Origin: Verrucomicrobiia bacterium
GTDB taxonomy: Bacteria > Verrucomicrobiota > Verrucomicrobiia > Palsa-1439
Length of the DNA: 64,000 nucleotides
NCBI GenBank assembly: GCA_022072455.1
Contig: JAJVHY010000001.1
Coordinates: forward strand, 76,990-140,989
Direction of reading: 5' to 3'
This document shows positions 27,254 to 36,066 of the stretch, one piece after another. The notes below the pieces were generated by a model, which saw nothing but the letters and a program-made list of their open reading frames with translations, had not been told where the DNA came from and searched no databases. The position numbers and the translations under genes were made by a program. Position 1 is the stretch's first letter; each line of letters opens with the position of its first letter.

Positions 27254-28621
27254 ATGACTACACCCTTGCGGGCCGGCGCAGCAAAAACCAACATCTCACC
27301 CGCGCTGGGCATTCAGATTGCCGGCGACATTGGCCGTTACCGGCCTTGCACGGGCGTGGCCGACCCCATCTACGCTCGGGCGTTGGCGCTCGAAACGGAG
27401 GGCCGTAAGTTCTGCCTGCTGTCGCTGGATTTGCTGGCGATTGATGATGCTTGGACGGAGGAAATTCGCCGGCGCGCAGCCCAGACGTATGGGTTGCCGG
27501 CGGAGGCGGTGATGATTCACGTCACCCAAAACCACGGCGCGCCGTGCTTGGGGAATCATTTTTGCCGGGATTCGTGCCGGTTGATTCCCGAAAAACATGC
27601 GTGGTTGCGCGGCGGCGATCTCCGGTACAACGAGCCGGCGGCTGCTGGTGCATTGGACGCGATGGGGCGCGCGTTGGGGCAGCTCACGCCGGTCACCGTT
27701 GCGGCCGGGCGCGCCATCGACGGCCGGGTCGCGTTCACGCGCCGGTATGTGATGCGCGACGGCACCGCGCTTTGCCAGCCACCGATTTGCGACCCGAACA
27801 TTTTACAGGTGGAAGGCCCGGCCGACCCCGAAGTCAGCGTCGTCACGTTGACCGCGGCGAACGGCCAAGTGGTGGCGGCGTTGTTGCATCACACCTGTCA
27901 TCCCTGCAACGGATTTTGGGGGAATGAAGCGATGCCCGACTGGCCGGGCGCGTGGTGTACGGAAATGGAGGCGCACTTCGGCCCCGGCTGCACGCCGCTG
28001 GTTGTCAACGGCTGCTGCGGCAACATCATTCACCGCAACTATCTCAATCCCGACGAGCCGGAACTCAAGGATTACCGGCTGCTCGGCCGCCAACTGGCCG
28101 AATCCACCAAACGGGCGTTGGCGCGGTTGACGCCGATTCCCGCCGCGCCGGTCAGGTGGGCGAGTGAAATCCTGTCGCTGCCCCGCCGGCCAGTGCCCAC
28201 TGATGTGCTGGCCAAGGCACAGCAACTTCTCCGCGCCAATCCGGAACCGATTTGGAAGGACGAAATTCGCGTGACCTGGGAATGGGTGTACGCGGTGGGC
28301 ATTGTGGACATCGCCGAGGAGCAATCCCGGCCGTTCCCGTATGAATTGCAGGGATTGCGGATCGGTGACTTCGCGTTGCTGGCAGTCGGCGGGGAACCGT
28401 TCGCCGAAACGCAGTTGGGCATCAAGCGCGAGTCGCCGTTCGCGTTCACCCAACTCGCCCACATGAGCAACGGGTTTGTCGGCTACATTCCGACGAAACG
28501 CGCGCTGGCCGGCGGCGGGTACGAGACAAACATCGGCCGCGGCTCGCGGTTGCACGCCGACTGCGCGGAGTTGATCGAGCAGGCCGGGGTGAAGTTTCTC
28601 CAGAAATTGAGGCAGCCATGA
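27254..28621 (+). CDS. Neutral/alkaline ceramidase-like family protein (paralog 1 of 3).
   Basis: 455 aa with ceramidase-N-domain-like blocks (AAKTNISPALGIQIAGDIGRY; LLSLDLLAID; HVTQNHGAP; VNGCCGNIIHRN; GYIPTKRALAGGGYE). 4-bp ATGA overlap with the next paralog. Confidence 0.5.
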   Translation: MTTPLRAGAAKTNISPALGIQIAGDIGRYRPCTGVADPIYARALALETEGRKFCLLSLDLLAIDDAWTEEIRRRAAQTYGLPAEAVMIHVTQNHGAPCLGNHFCRDSCRLIPEKHAWLRGGDLRYNEPAAAGALDAMGRALGQLTPVTVAAGRAIDGRVAFTRRYVMRDGTALCQPPICDPNILQVEGPADPEVSVVTLTAANGQVVAALLHHTCHPCNGFWGNEAMPDWPGAWCTEMEAHFGPGCTPLVVNGCCGNIIHRNYLNPDEPELKDYRLLGRQLAESTKRALARLTPIPAAPVRWASEILSLPRRPVPTDVLAKAQQLLRANPEPIWKDEIRVTWEWVYAVGIVDIAEEQSRPFPYELQGLRIGDFALLAVGGEPFAETQLGIKRESPFAFTQLAHMSNGFVGYIPTKRALAGGGYETNIGRGSRLHADCAELIEQAGVKFLQKLRQP

Positions 28622-29982
28622 CAACAGCACTTCGGGTCGGCGCGGCGAAGGCAGATATTTCACCCGTCAACGGCATCCAGATTGCCGGCGACATCGGACG
28701 ATACCGGCCTTGCACGGGAATCATTGCGCCGATTTATGCGCGGGCATTGGTGCTGGAACAAGCTGGCCGGCGCTTTTGCGTGCTCACGTTGGATTTGTTG
28801 TCCATTGATGATCCGTGGGCCAAGGAGGTTCGCCGGCGGGTGGCCGCCAAGTTCGGAATTCCACCGGCGGCGTTGTTGATTCATCCGACGCAAAATCATG
28901 CGGCCCCGGCACTCGGCCATTACGAATGCCGGGATTCGTGCCGGATCATCCCGGAGAAATATCCGTGGCTCCGCGGCGGCGACCCGCGTTACAACGAACC
29001 CGCCGTTGCCGGCATCCTCGCAGCCATCGGTGAAGCGCTCGCGAAGTTGTCCCCGGTCACAATCGCCGCCGGGCGCGCCATTGATAATCGCGTGGCGTTC
29101 AACCGCCGTTATGTGATGCGCGACGGCACAGCTCTCTGCCAACCAGCAGTATGTGACCCCAACATCCTGCACGTCGAAGGACCGATTGACCCGGAAGTTG
29201 GTGTTGTCACTTTTACCGGCGGAAATGGGCAGGTCGTCGCGGCGTTGTTGCATCACACCTGTCATCCCTGCACTGGTTTTGCCGGGAATGAAGCCCATCC
29301 CGATTGGCCCGGCGCTTGGTGCAATGAGATGGAGACGCACTTCGGGTCGGCTTGCACGCCCTTGGTCATCAATGGTTGTTGTGGGAATATCATCCACCGG
29401 AATTTTCTGAATCCGGACGAAGAGTTAAACCAAGATTATCGGCTCTTTGGGCGGCAACTGGCCGAGTCCACTGAAGTTGCGTTGCATAATATGGCGCCGA
29501 TCAGCGGCGCGCCGTTGGGCTGGGCCAGTGAAGTGGTCCCGGTCCCGCGCCGGCAACTGTCACCGGAATTGCTGGCAGAGGTCAGCCAACTCCTGCGCGA
29601 CCATCCGGAACCGCTTTGGAGCGATAACATCCGGGTCAACCACGACTGGGTATATGCCGTCGGGATTACGGATCTCGCGGAACTGATCCAGGCCGAACCC
29701 AACGAACCCTACGAAATTCAAGCAGTGCGGGTTGGCGAGTTTGCGTTGCTTGGGTTGATGGGTGAGCCGTTTGTCGAAGCGCAACTCAACATCAAACGCG
29801 AGTCGCCATTTGCCTTCACCCAAGTCGCCCACATGTGCAACGGCTACGTCGGCTACATTCCCACCCGGCATGCGTTGGCGCGAGGTGGCTACGAAACGCG
29901 AACCGGGTGGAGTTCCCGGCTGGCTCCCGAAGCGCTCGAAATGATTGGGAGCACGGCGGGGCGGCTGCTCCGCTCGCTATGA
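28618..29982 (+). CDS. Neutral/alkaline ceramidase-like family protein (paralog 2 of 3).
   Basis: 454 aa, with the same blocks as paralog 1 (AAKADISPVNGIQIAGDIGRY; HPTQNHAAP; INGCCGNIIHRN; GYIPTRHALARGGYE). Confidence 0.5.
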   Translation: MTTALRVGAAKADISPVNGIQIAGDIGRYRPCTGIIAPIYARALVLEQAGRRFCVLTLDLLSIDDPWAKEVRRRVAAKFGIPPAALLIHPTQNHAAPALGHYECRDSCRIIPEKYPWLRGGDPRYNEPAVAGILAAIGEALAKLSPVTIAAGRAIDNRVAFNRRYVMRDGTALCQPAVCDPNILHVEGPIDPEVGVVTFTGGNGQVVAALLHHTCHPCTGFAGNEAHPDWPGAWCNEMETHFGSACTPLVINGCCGNIIHRNFLNPDEELNQDYRLFGRQLAESTEVALHNMAPISGAPLGWASEVVPVPRRQLSPELLAEVSQLLRDHPEPLWSDNIRVNHDWVYAVGITDLAELIQAEPNEPYEIQAVRVGEFALLGLMGEPFVEAQLNIKRESPFAFTQVAHMCNGYVGYIPTRHALARGGYETRTGWSSRLAPEALEMIGSTAGRLLRSL

Positions 29983-30884
29983 AGCGCAGCGTTTGGCCCT
30001 ACGTCCTGCTGACGCTGGCACCGCTGTTCTGGTCCGGCAACGTCGTTCTCGCGCGCGCGGTGCGCGGTGACATTGCGCCGATGGCATTGATCGTCTGGCG
30101 GTGGACAATTGCGTTGGCAATTTTGCTGCCGCTGACAGGAGCGGAGCTATGGCGGCAACGCCGCGCCCTCCGCGCGCATTGGAGAATTCTCGGAGTGTTG
30201 GGGTTTCTGGGGACATTTCTTTACCAAGCCTTGTCGTATCAGGCGCTGACGGCCACGACAGCCCTCAACGCGTTGTTGATCACGGCCACTGCGCCGTTGT
30301 TAACGGCGTTGCTCCACTGGCTCGTCTACCGGGAAACCATCACGCGCCGGTTGGGCGTGGCGATTTGTCTGTCGCTGGTGGGAGTGGGAATCGTGATCAG
30401 CCGGGGTGATGTTCAACTTCTGCTGGGGCTGCGGTTGAACCCCGGCGACCTGCTGATGCTGGCGGCCACGCTGGTGTGGGCAGGGTATTGCATTCTTCTC
30501 GAACGCTACCGGCCAGCGGGGGTCAGCTCGACCGGCTTGGTCAGCGTGTTGGCGTTGGTGGGGTTGGTGTTTGCCTTGCCGGTTTATCTCTGGCAAAGCG
30601 GCGGCGGAGTTGGATTCACCATGGTGTGGCCAAATATCCTGACCCTGCTGTACATGGGCGTGTTTGCGTCCGTGCTGGGCTACTTATGTTGGAACGAAGG
30701 CGTGCGGCGCGGTGGCGCGAATCTGGCGGGATTGTTTTACAATCTATTGCCGGTCTTTGGCGTGGGCTTGGCGATCGTGTTTCTCGGTGAGGATTTTACC
30801 TTGTACCATGGCATCGGCGCGGCGCTGGTCTTTGGTGGAATCGTGTTGGGAACGCACGCTCACCACAATTCCGGTTCGGCGTAA
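29979..30884 (+). CDS. EamA/DMT-family transporter (10-TMS drug/metabolite exporter).
   Basis: Internal Met at 29979 overlaps the upstream stop (ATGA). Two EamA-like halves with ~10 hydrophobic helices (..PLFWSGNVVLARAV.., ..LVWAGYCILLERY..). Confidence 0.7.
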   Translation: MKRSVWPYVLLTLAPLFWSGNVVLARAVRGDIAPMALIVWRWTIALAILLPLTGAELWRQRRALRAHWRILGVLGFLGTFLYQALSYQALTATTALNALLITATAPLLTALLHWLVYRETITRRLGVAICLSLVGVGIVISRGDVQLLLGLRLNPGDLLMLAATLVWAGYCILLERYRPAGVSSTGLVSVLALVGLVFALPVYLWQSGGGVGFTMVWPNILTLLYMGVFASVLGYLCWNEGVRRGGANLAGLFYNLLPVFGVGLAIVFLGEDFTLYHGIGAALVFGGIVLGTHAHHNSGSA

Positions 30885-30951
30885 ACACGCACCGGTATTT
30901 CCGGCCGGTGCCCGCCCGGGTTGCTGACTCTACACCGGGCACGGAAATGGT

Positions 30952-32229
30952 ATGCTGGGAACTCCGATGAATATCCTCTACCTTCACTCGCATGATACCG
31001 GCCGGTTCATCCAGCCGTACGGTCACGCCATCCCGACACCGCACCTGCAGCAACTCGCGGAAGAAGGCGTGTTGTTCCGGCAAGCCTTCTGCGCCGCACC
31101 GACATGTTCGCCGAGCCGGGCGGCATTGCTGACCGGCCAATATCCGCATTCCTGTGGGATGCTCGGTCTGACGCACCGGGGATTTGCAATCACCGACTAC
31201 GGTCAGCACCTCGTGCAGGCGTTGAAGAAACACGGTTTCCAGACAGCATTGGCGGGAGTTCAACACGAAGCCAAGCCGGTTGATCGCATCGGCTACGATC
31301 AATTGCTTTGCCCGGACCGCAGCCAGGCCGCGCAAGTCGCCCCGGCCGCGGTCCCCTTTCTCGAAGCGAAACCACAGTCACCGTTCTTTCTGGCGGTCGG
31401 CTTTAGTGAGACGCACCGGGTCTTTCCACCCGCCGAGGCCGACCCACGCTATTGTTTACCGCCGGCGTTTCTGCCGGATACGCCGGCGGTGCGGGCGGAC
31501 GTGGCTGCCTTCAAGACAAGTGCACGGCACATGGATAACGGTGTTGGGCGAGTGCTCGAAGCGTTGCAGCGCACCGGGTTGGCGGACGACACGTTGGTCA
31601 TTTCCACCACGGATCACGGCATTCCGTGGCCCAGCGCCAAATGCACACTCACCGACCAAGGCATCGGCGTGAGTCTAATCATGCGTGGACCGGGCGGGTT
31701 TACCGGCGGGAAGGTGGTGGACGCGCTGGTCTCACAAATTGATCTGGTGCCGACGATTTGTGAATTGCTCGGCATCGAGCGGTTCCCGTGGTTGCAGGGT
31801 GTGTCGTTGTTGCCGGCACTCGGCGGCAAGGAAGTGCGCACCGAGGTTTTTGCAGAGGTGACATTCCACGCCTGTTATGAACCGCAACGATGTGTGCGGA
31901 CGAAGCGGTGGAAATACATCCGGTTTTTCGACGATTATCCGGCGCTGGTCGCCGGGAATATCGACCGCAGTCCGAGCAAGACGTTGTGGTTGGAGCACGG
32001 CTGGAAGGAGCGCCCCCGAGCCGCCGAACAGTTGTACGATTTGGTTTTCGATCCCGGTGAAACAAATAACCTGGCCGGCCAACAGCCCGAAATTCTCCGA
32101 GACTTGCGCGCCCGACTCGACCGCTGGATGCGCGAGACGAATGATCCGTTGTTGAATGGCCCGGTTCCCCCACCACCCGGTGCAACAATCACGCCGCGCG
32201 AAGCCGTGCATCCCGACGGCAAGCCATAA
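30952..32229 (+). CDS. Sulfatase (arylsulfatase family, formylglycine-dependent).
   Basis: Canonical signature CAAPTCSPSRAALLTGQYPHSCG (C-x-P-S-R), N-terminal MNILYLHSHDTG, and metal-binding/active-site blocks (TTDHGIPW). The start is ATG 30952 or 30967. No obvious signal peptide. Confidence 0.9.
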   Translation: MLGTPMNILYLHSHDTGRFIQPYGHAIPTPHLQQLAEEGVLFRQAFCAAPTCSPSRAALLTGQYPHSCGMLGLTHRGFAITDYGQHLVQALKKHGFQTALAGVQHEAKPVDRIGYDQLLCPDRSQAAQVAPAAVPFLEAKPQSPFFLAVGFSETHRVFPPAEADPRYCLPPAFLPDTPAVRADVAAFKTSARHMDNGVGRVLEALQRTGLADDTLVISTTDHGIPWPSAKCTLTDQGIGVSLIMRGPGGFTGGKVVDALVSQIDLVPTICELLGIERFPWLQGVSLLPALGGKEVRTEVFAEVTFHACYEPQRCVRTKRWKYIRFFDDYPALVAGNIDRSPSKTLWLEHGWKERPRAAEQLYDLVFDPGETNNLAGQQPEILRDLRARLDRWMRETNDPLLNGPVPPPPGATITPREAVHPDGKP

Positions 32230-32269
32230 TCCCGGACGAATACGAACGCGCCGGCACCCATGATTTAAC

Positions 32270-33265
32270 TCACCACAGTTCCGGTTCGGCGAAAACGCTC
32301 TGCGAAACTTCGGCAGCAGTGGAATACCGGACGGTCACGGCGCCGCGCGCGGCGATGCGCTCGACGTGTTCGAGGCAGGCGACCATTTCCGCTGTGACCG
32401 GCGCGCGCATGTCGTTGCGTTCCAGAAAACAGTCATGCACGCCCAATGGCACACAACTGCTGCGGCCAGTCACGCGCACCAATTCGGCGTGGAAATCAAG
32501 CAGGTTCTGCCGCGACACAGGCTGGCGGTGGAGATAGAGTTGCCGGATGTCTTGGTCGGCGACGAGCGGAACTTCAACAAGGCGGTCGAGGTAAGGGCCG
32601 GGGCCGGGCAGGATTGAATCGCGTTGCACCCGATAGGGCCGGGTGAGTGGGGTGATGTTTTCGCCCCATTCCAGGAGTTCGTACCAGCACGGATGATGCG
32701 AGATTTCGGGAATGCCAGGCGGGATCACCTGCCCGGCAAAACTCGTGGTGAATCCGCACTTTTCAAGAAACGCTTGGATGGCGGGGTTTGTGGCTGAATA
32801 ACCGGCACAGAACGTCACCGGTCGCGCCAGGTCGTGCTCGGCAAAAGCCGCCACACTATTCCCGATGATGACTGCTTGCTCTGTCTGCGGATAGCCGGTG
32901 AGCAGCACGTCGTACCCACCGCCATTCTCACCGGTCGTCCCGCGCGGCTCCGCGCGGGGGGTCAGACCGAGCGCTTCAATGAACGAATCGAACAGATGCG
33001 TATGCAAGCCGATATCCGTTCGCGGCTGGCGAGCGCGCAACTTTTGCAGGTACGGCACGAACACCGCACCGCATTCGCGTTTTGCGCCAGAGCCAATGAG
33101 GTGGATGGGATTAAACATATGCGTCCACACCACCTGCGGACACCGGTCGGTCAGCAACTCGAACCCCTCGACGCATTGCTGGGCGCGGTCAGCTCCCATA
33201 CAAAAGCCTTCAAAATTCGAGTAGACGACGATGTGTAAAACCGCTGGTGATTTTTTGCTCGACAT
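32270..33265 (-). CDS. Hypothetical protein. The only minus-strand gene inside the plus-strand catabolic array.
   Basis: 331-aa ORF with good GC3 bias. No motif assigned with confidence (HTHLFD-containing; possibly carbohydrate esterase/deacetylase-like). Confidence 0.4.
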   Translation of the reverse strand: MSSKKSPAVLHIVVYSNFEGFCMGADRAQQCVEGFELLTDRCPQVVWTHMFNPIHLIGSGAKRECGAVFVPYLQKLRARQPRTDIGLHTHLFDSFIEALGLTPRAEPRGTTGENGGGYDVLLTGYPQTEQAVIIGNSVAAFAEHDLARPVTFCAGYSATNPAIQAFLEKCGFTTSFAGQVIPPGIPEISHHPCWYELLEWGENITPLTRPYRVQRDSILPGPGPYLDRLVEVPLVADQDIRQLYLHRQPVSRQNLLDFHAELVRVTGRSSCVPLGVHDCFLERNDMRAPVTAEMVACLEHVERIAARGAVTVRYSTAAEVSQSVFAEPELW

Positions 33266-33342
33266 GCCTGGGGCCTTTCAATAGAGACGCATATCTCTTG
33301 ATAAAATATGAACGCATCCGATTGTCAAAACCATTTTGCGTG

Positions 33343-33936
33343 ATGCCACCCAGGATCTACATCCTCGGTGATTCGATCTCCCTGGGCTATACGCCAGAAG
33401 TCGCCACTCTACTGGCCAACCGCGCCATAGTCACGCACAACCCCGGCAACGCCATGTTCTCCGCATTCGGCCGGCGCTCCCTGCCCGATTGGCTCGGTTC
33501 TTCCCGGTACGATGTGATCCATTTCAACTGGGGCATCTGGGATTTGCACCGACTCCAGCCGTCAGCCGACCCGCTCGAACCGAGCGTGAACGCCTTCCTT
33601 CGCGAGGGCGTCCGCCGCACCACGCCCGAGCAGTATGCCGCGAACCTCGAAGCCATCATCGCCATTCTCAAAAACACCGGCGCAAAACTCATTTGGGCCA
33701 CGACCACCCCGTTGCGTGACAATGGCGAACTGTGTTGCATCCCGGTGGAGGTCGTGCACTATAATTCCGTTGCCCACCGGATCATGACGGCACACCACAT
33801 CCCGATCAACGACCTGTACTCGCGCGCCTTGCCGGAACTCGACCGGCTGCTGTCGCCCGACGGCTGTCATTTCACTGCGGATGGCTACCGGTACCTTGGG
33901 GCGTGCGTGGCCGGTGAAATTGCGAAAGTTCTATGA
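33343..33936 (+). CDS. SGNH/GDSL-family hydrolase.
   Basis: Internal Met at 33343. Block I IYILGDSISLGY (GDS), block V DGCHFT (DxxH). ~197 aa. Confidence 0.65.
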   Translation: MPPRIYILGDSISLGYTPEVATLLANRAIVTHNPGNAMFSAFGRRSLPDWLGSSRYDVIHFNWGIWDLHRLQPSADPLEPSVNAFLREGVRRTTPEQYAANLEAIIAILKNTGAKLIWATTTPLRDNGELCCIPVEVVHYNSVAHRIMTAHHIPINDLYSRALPELDRLLSPDGCHFTADGYRYLGACVAGEIAKVL

Positions 33937-35102
33937 CAACCGGCCGCCACGAATTTGCGGACCGCTGGCAGGCCAACGCGCAGTTGGCGTGGGACACCTT
34001 GGCGATGAAACCCACCCGGGGCATCGGGACGTGGGAGTTTCAGACGATGCAATGGTCACAATTGGAGGAGCTGTCCGGCAATCTGCCCGGCAGTTATCCC
34101 CAAGAGCCGGTTCGCGTGTACCGGGAATTCATGCTCAAGGGCGGCGTCTCGTATCTCGACCAGTGGATACCGGAGAATCCGTTGTCCATGAAAGATCAGG
34201 GCTATACCGCCGACACCGCGCGCAGCGCGACCGGCGGCGCGGAGGCAATCGTCTGCGACGGAATGCCGATTGATTCGCCTGAAGACGTCGTCGCGCACAT
34301 GGAGAAGTATCTCATCCCGCGCTGGCAACACCACCTCCAAGCAATCGAACTCGACCCCGACGCCGTCGTCCGCAAACTCATTGACGAGGAACTCGCCGTC
34401 CAGCGTCTCTTCGGCCCGAACATGCTGAAAGGGCCGTACGTTTTCAGTTTCCCGGCCTTCCGCTATTTCGAGTACGGCTACCAAAACTATTTCATGGCCT
34501 ACGCACTCTACCCGGAAATCATCGAACGCGACTTCAAACTCGCCGCCGATTGCTCCGCCGCCTACAACCGGTGCGTCGCACGCGCCATCCTCGAGGCCGG
34601 TCTGCCGCGAATGCTACGCCTCGACCACGACATGGCGGATTCGCGCGGGATGCTGGTGGATGTGCACTCGCTGGATCGGATTTGGTTTCCGCATTTTGTC
34701 CGCGCCATCCAACCGTTCTTCGACGCCGACATCCGACTGATCTGGCATTGCGACGGCAACCTGATGGACATGGTGCCGCGTCTGCTCGAAGTCGGCATCA
34801 GCGGTTTCCAAGGCTTCCAATACGAAGACGGCATGGATTACCCGGCGATCTGCAAGATGAAAGACAGCGCCGGCAACCCGCTCTTCATTATCGCCGGCGT
34901 TTCGGTGACCCGGACGCTGCCGCACGGCACCGCTGCCGCTGTCCGCGACGAACTGCGATGGCTCGTCGAGAACGGCCCACCGGTCGGCCTCTTGCTGGGC
35001 TGCACCAGTTCGATCACGCCCGGTGTGCCGCTCGAAAATCTGCGCGCCCTCATTGACGGGTTCCGGTACTATCGCGAACACGGTCGTCAAGGAATTTCAT
35101 GA
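33933..35102 (+). CDS. Uroporphyrinogen-decarboxylase (URO-D)/MtaA-like family protein, paralog A.
   Basis: 389 aa. ~50-60% identical by eye to the ORF at 42971..44089 (shared blocks DQWIPENPLSM, FMAYALYPE, LDHDIADSRG, IWHCDGNLM, GFQGFQYEDGMDY, FRYYREHGR). The family assignment is by pattern and is tentative. Confidence 0.5.
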   Translation: MTTGRHEFADRWQANAQLAWDTLAMKPTRGIGTWEFQTMQWSQLEELSGNLPGSYPQEPVRVYREFMLKGGVSYLDQWIPENPLSMKDQGYTADTARSATGGAEAIVCDGMPIDSPEDVVAHMEKYLIPRWQHHLQAIELDPDAVVRKLIDEELAVQRLFGPNMLKGPYVFSFPAFRYFEYGYQNYFMAYALYPEIIERDFKLAADCSAAYNRCVARAILEAGLPRMLRLDHDMADSRGMLVDVHSLDRIWFPHFVRAIQPFFDADIRLIWHCDGNLMDMVPRLLEVGISGFQGFQYEDGMDYPAICKMKDSAGNPLFIIAGVSVTRTLPHGTAAAVRDELRWLVENGPPVGLLLGCTSSITPGVPLENLRALIDGFRYYREHGRQGIS

Positions 35103-36028
35103 AAACCACCCTCGCCGCCGCCCAAATCCTCTGCGCCAACTCCCGCGTCATGCAGCGCCTCGCCCACGACCCCGTGCAGCGCAACGAACATTTCAAAAAG
35201 TACAACATCAACGCCTCGACGTTCGACGAAGCCTACGTTCGCGCGCACGGCGAAGAATATCTGACCTACCTCGAACAACAAGTCCACGCCGTCGCGAACC
35301 GCAACATTGACCTGCTCCTGTTGCCGGAGTTTTGTTTCCAACCGGCGGTCGTCGCCGGTGTGCATCCGACGATCCCGGTCAATCCGACCGCCCGCGCCGA
35401 TGCGCTCCGTGTATTCACCTGGTCCGGCCAACTCTTCACCCGCTGGCTCCGCCGGCAAGCCAAACAGACCGGGATGCTGCTGGCTGCCGCCAGTTTCACC
35501 GTCCGCGCCGGCAAGATCTACAATACCGGTCTGCTGGCCGACGAACGCGGCGATCTCGTCCTCCGGTACGAGAAAATTCATCTGCCGTATGACGAGAAGG
35601 AGACGGTCGAATTCGGCCGCAAGTACACCGTGGCCGACACGCGGCTGGGGCGGATTGGGTTTGCGATCTGTTACGACATTCAGTATCCCGAAGACACGGC
35701 CTGCCTCGCCACGCTGGGCGTGCAGATCATCCTGCATCCGTCGGCCGGATACGCGATACCGGGTGAACCAGACGACATGGCGCAGGCGCGGCTCCGTGTA
35801 CGGGCGACCGACACCCATGCGGCCTTGGTTTACGCCTGTTTTGCCAACGACAACACCGGCTGCCGGGATTCCGCGGTCATCGCGCCCAACGGCGAAGTGA
35901 AAGCCTGCGTGACCGGAACGGCGGTGGGGTTTGCGGTTGGCGAAGTGGCCATCGAAGCCCCGGCCGATTGGATCGCGAAACGGCGCGACCACCGGCGGCC
36001 GCAGACTTACCGGCTTTTACTCAAGTGA
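35099..36028 (+). CDS. Carbon-nitrogen hydrolase (nitrilase-superfamily amidase).
   Basis: Catalytic triad contexts LLLLPE (Glu), RYEKIHL (Lys) and GFAICYD (Cys). ATGA overlap with the upstream gene. Confidence 0.8.
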   Translation: MKTTLAAAQILCANSRVMQRLAHDPVQRNEHFKKYNINASTFDEAYVRAHGEEYLTYLEQQVHAVANRNIDLLLLPEFCFQPAVVAGVHPTIPVNPTARADALRVFTWSGQLFTRWLRRQAKQTGMLLAAASFTVRAGKIYNTGLLADERGDLVLRYEKIHLPYDEKETVEFGRKYTVADTRLGRIGFAICYDIQYPEDTACLATLGVQIILHPSAGYAIPGEPDDMAQARLRVRATDTHAALVYACFANDNTGCRDSAVIAPNGEVKACVTGTAVGFAVGEVAIEAPADWIAKRRDHRRPQTYRLLLK

Positions 36029-36066
36029 CGCCAACTTTTCAAAAACTCTGCACGCCCGGCCAGAAC

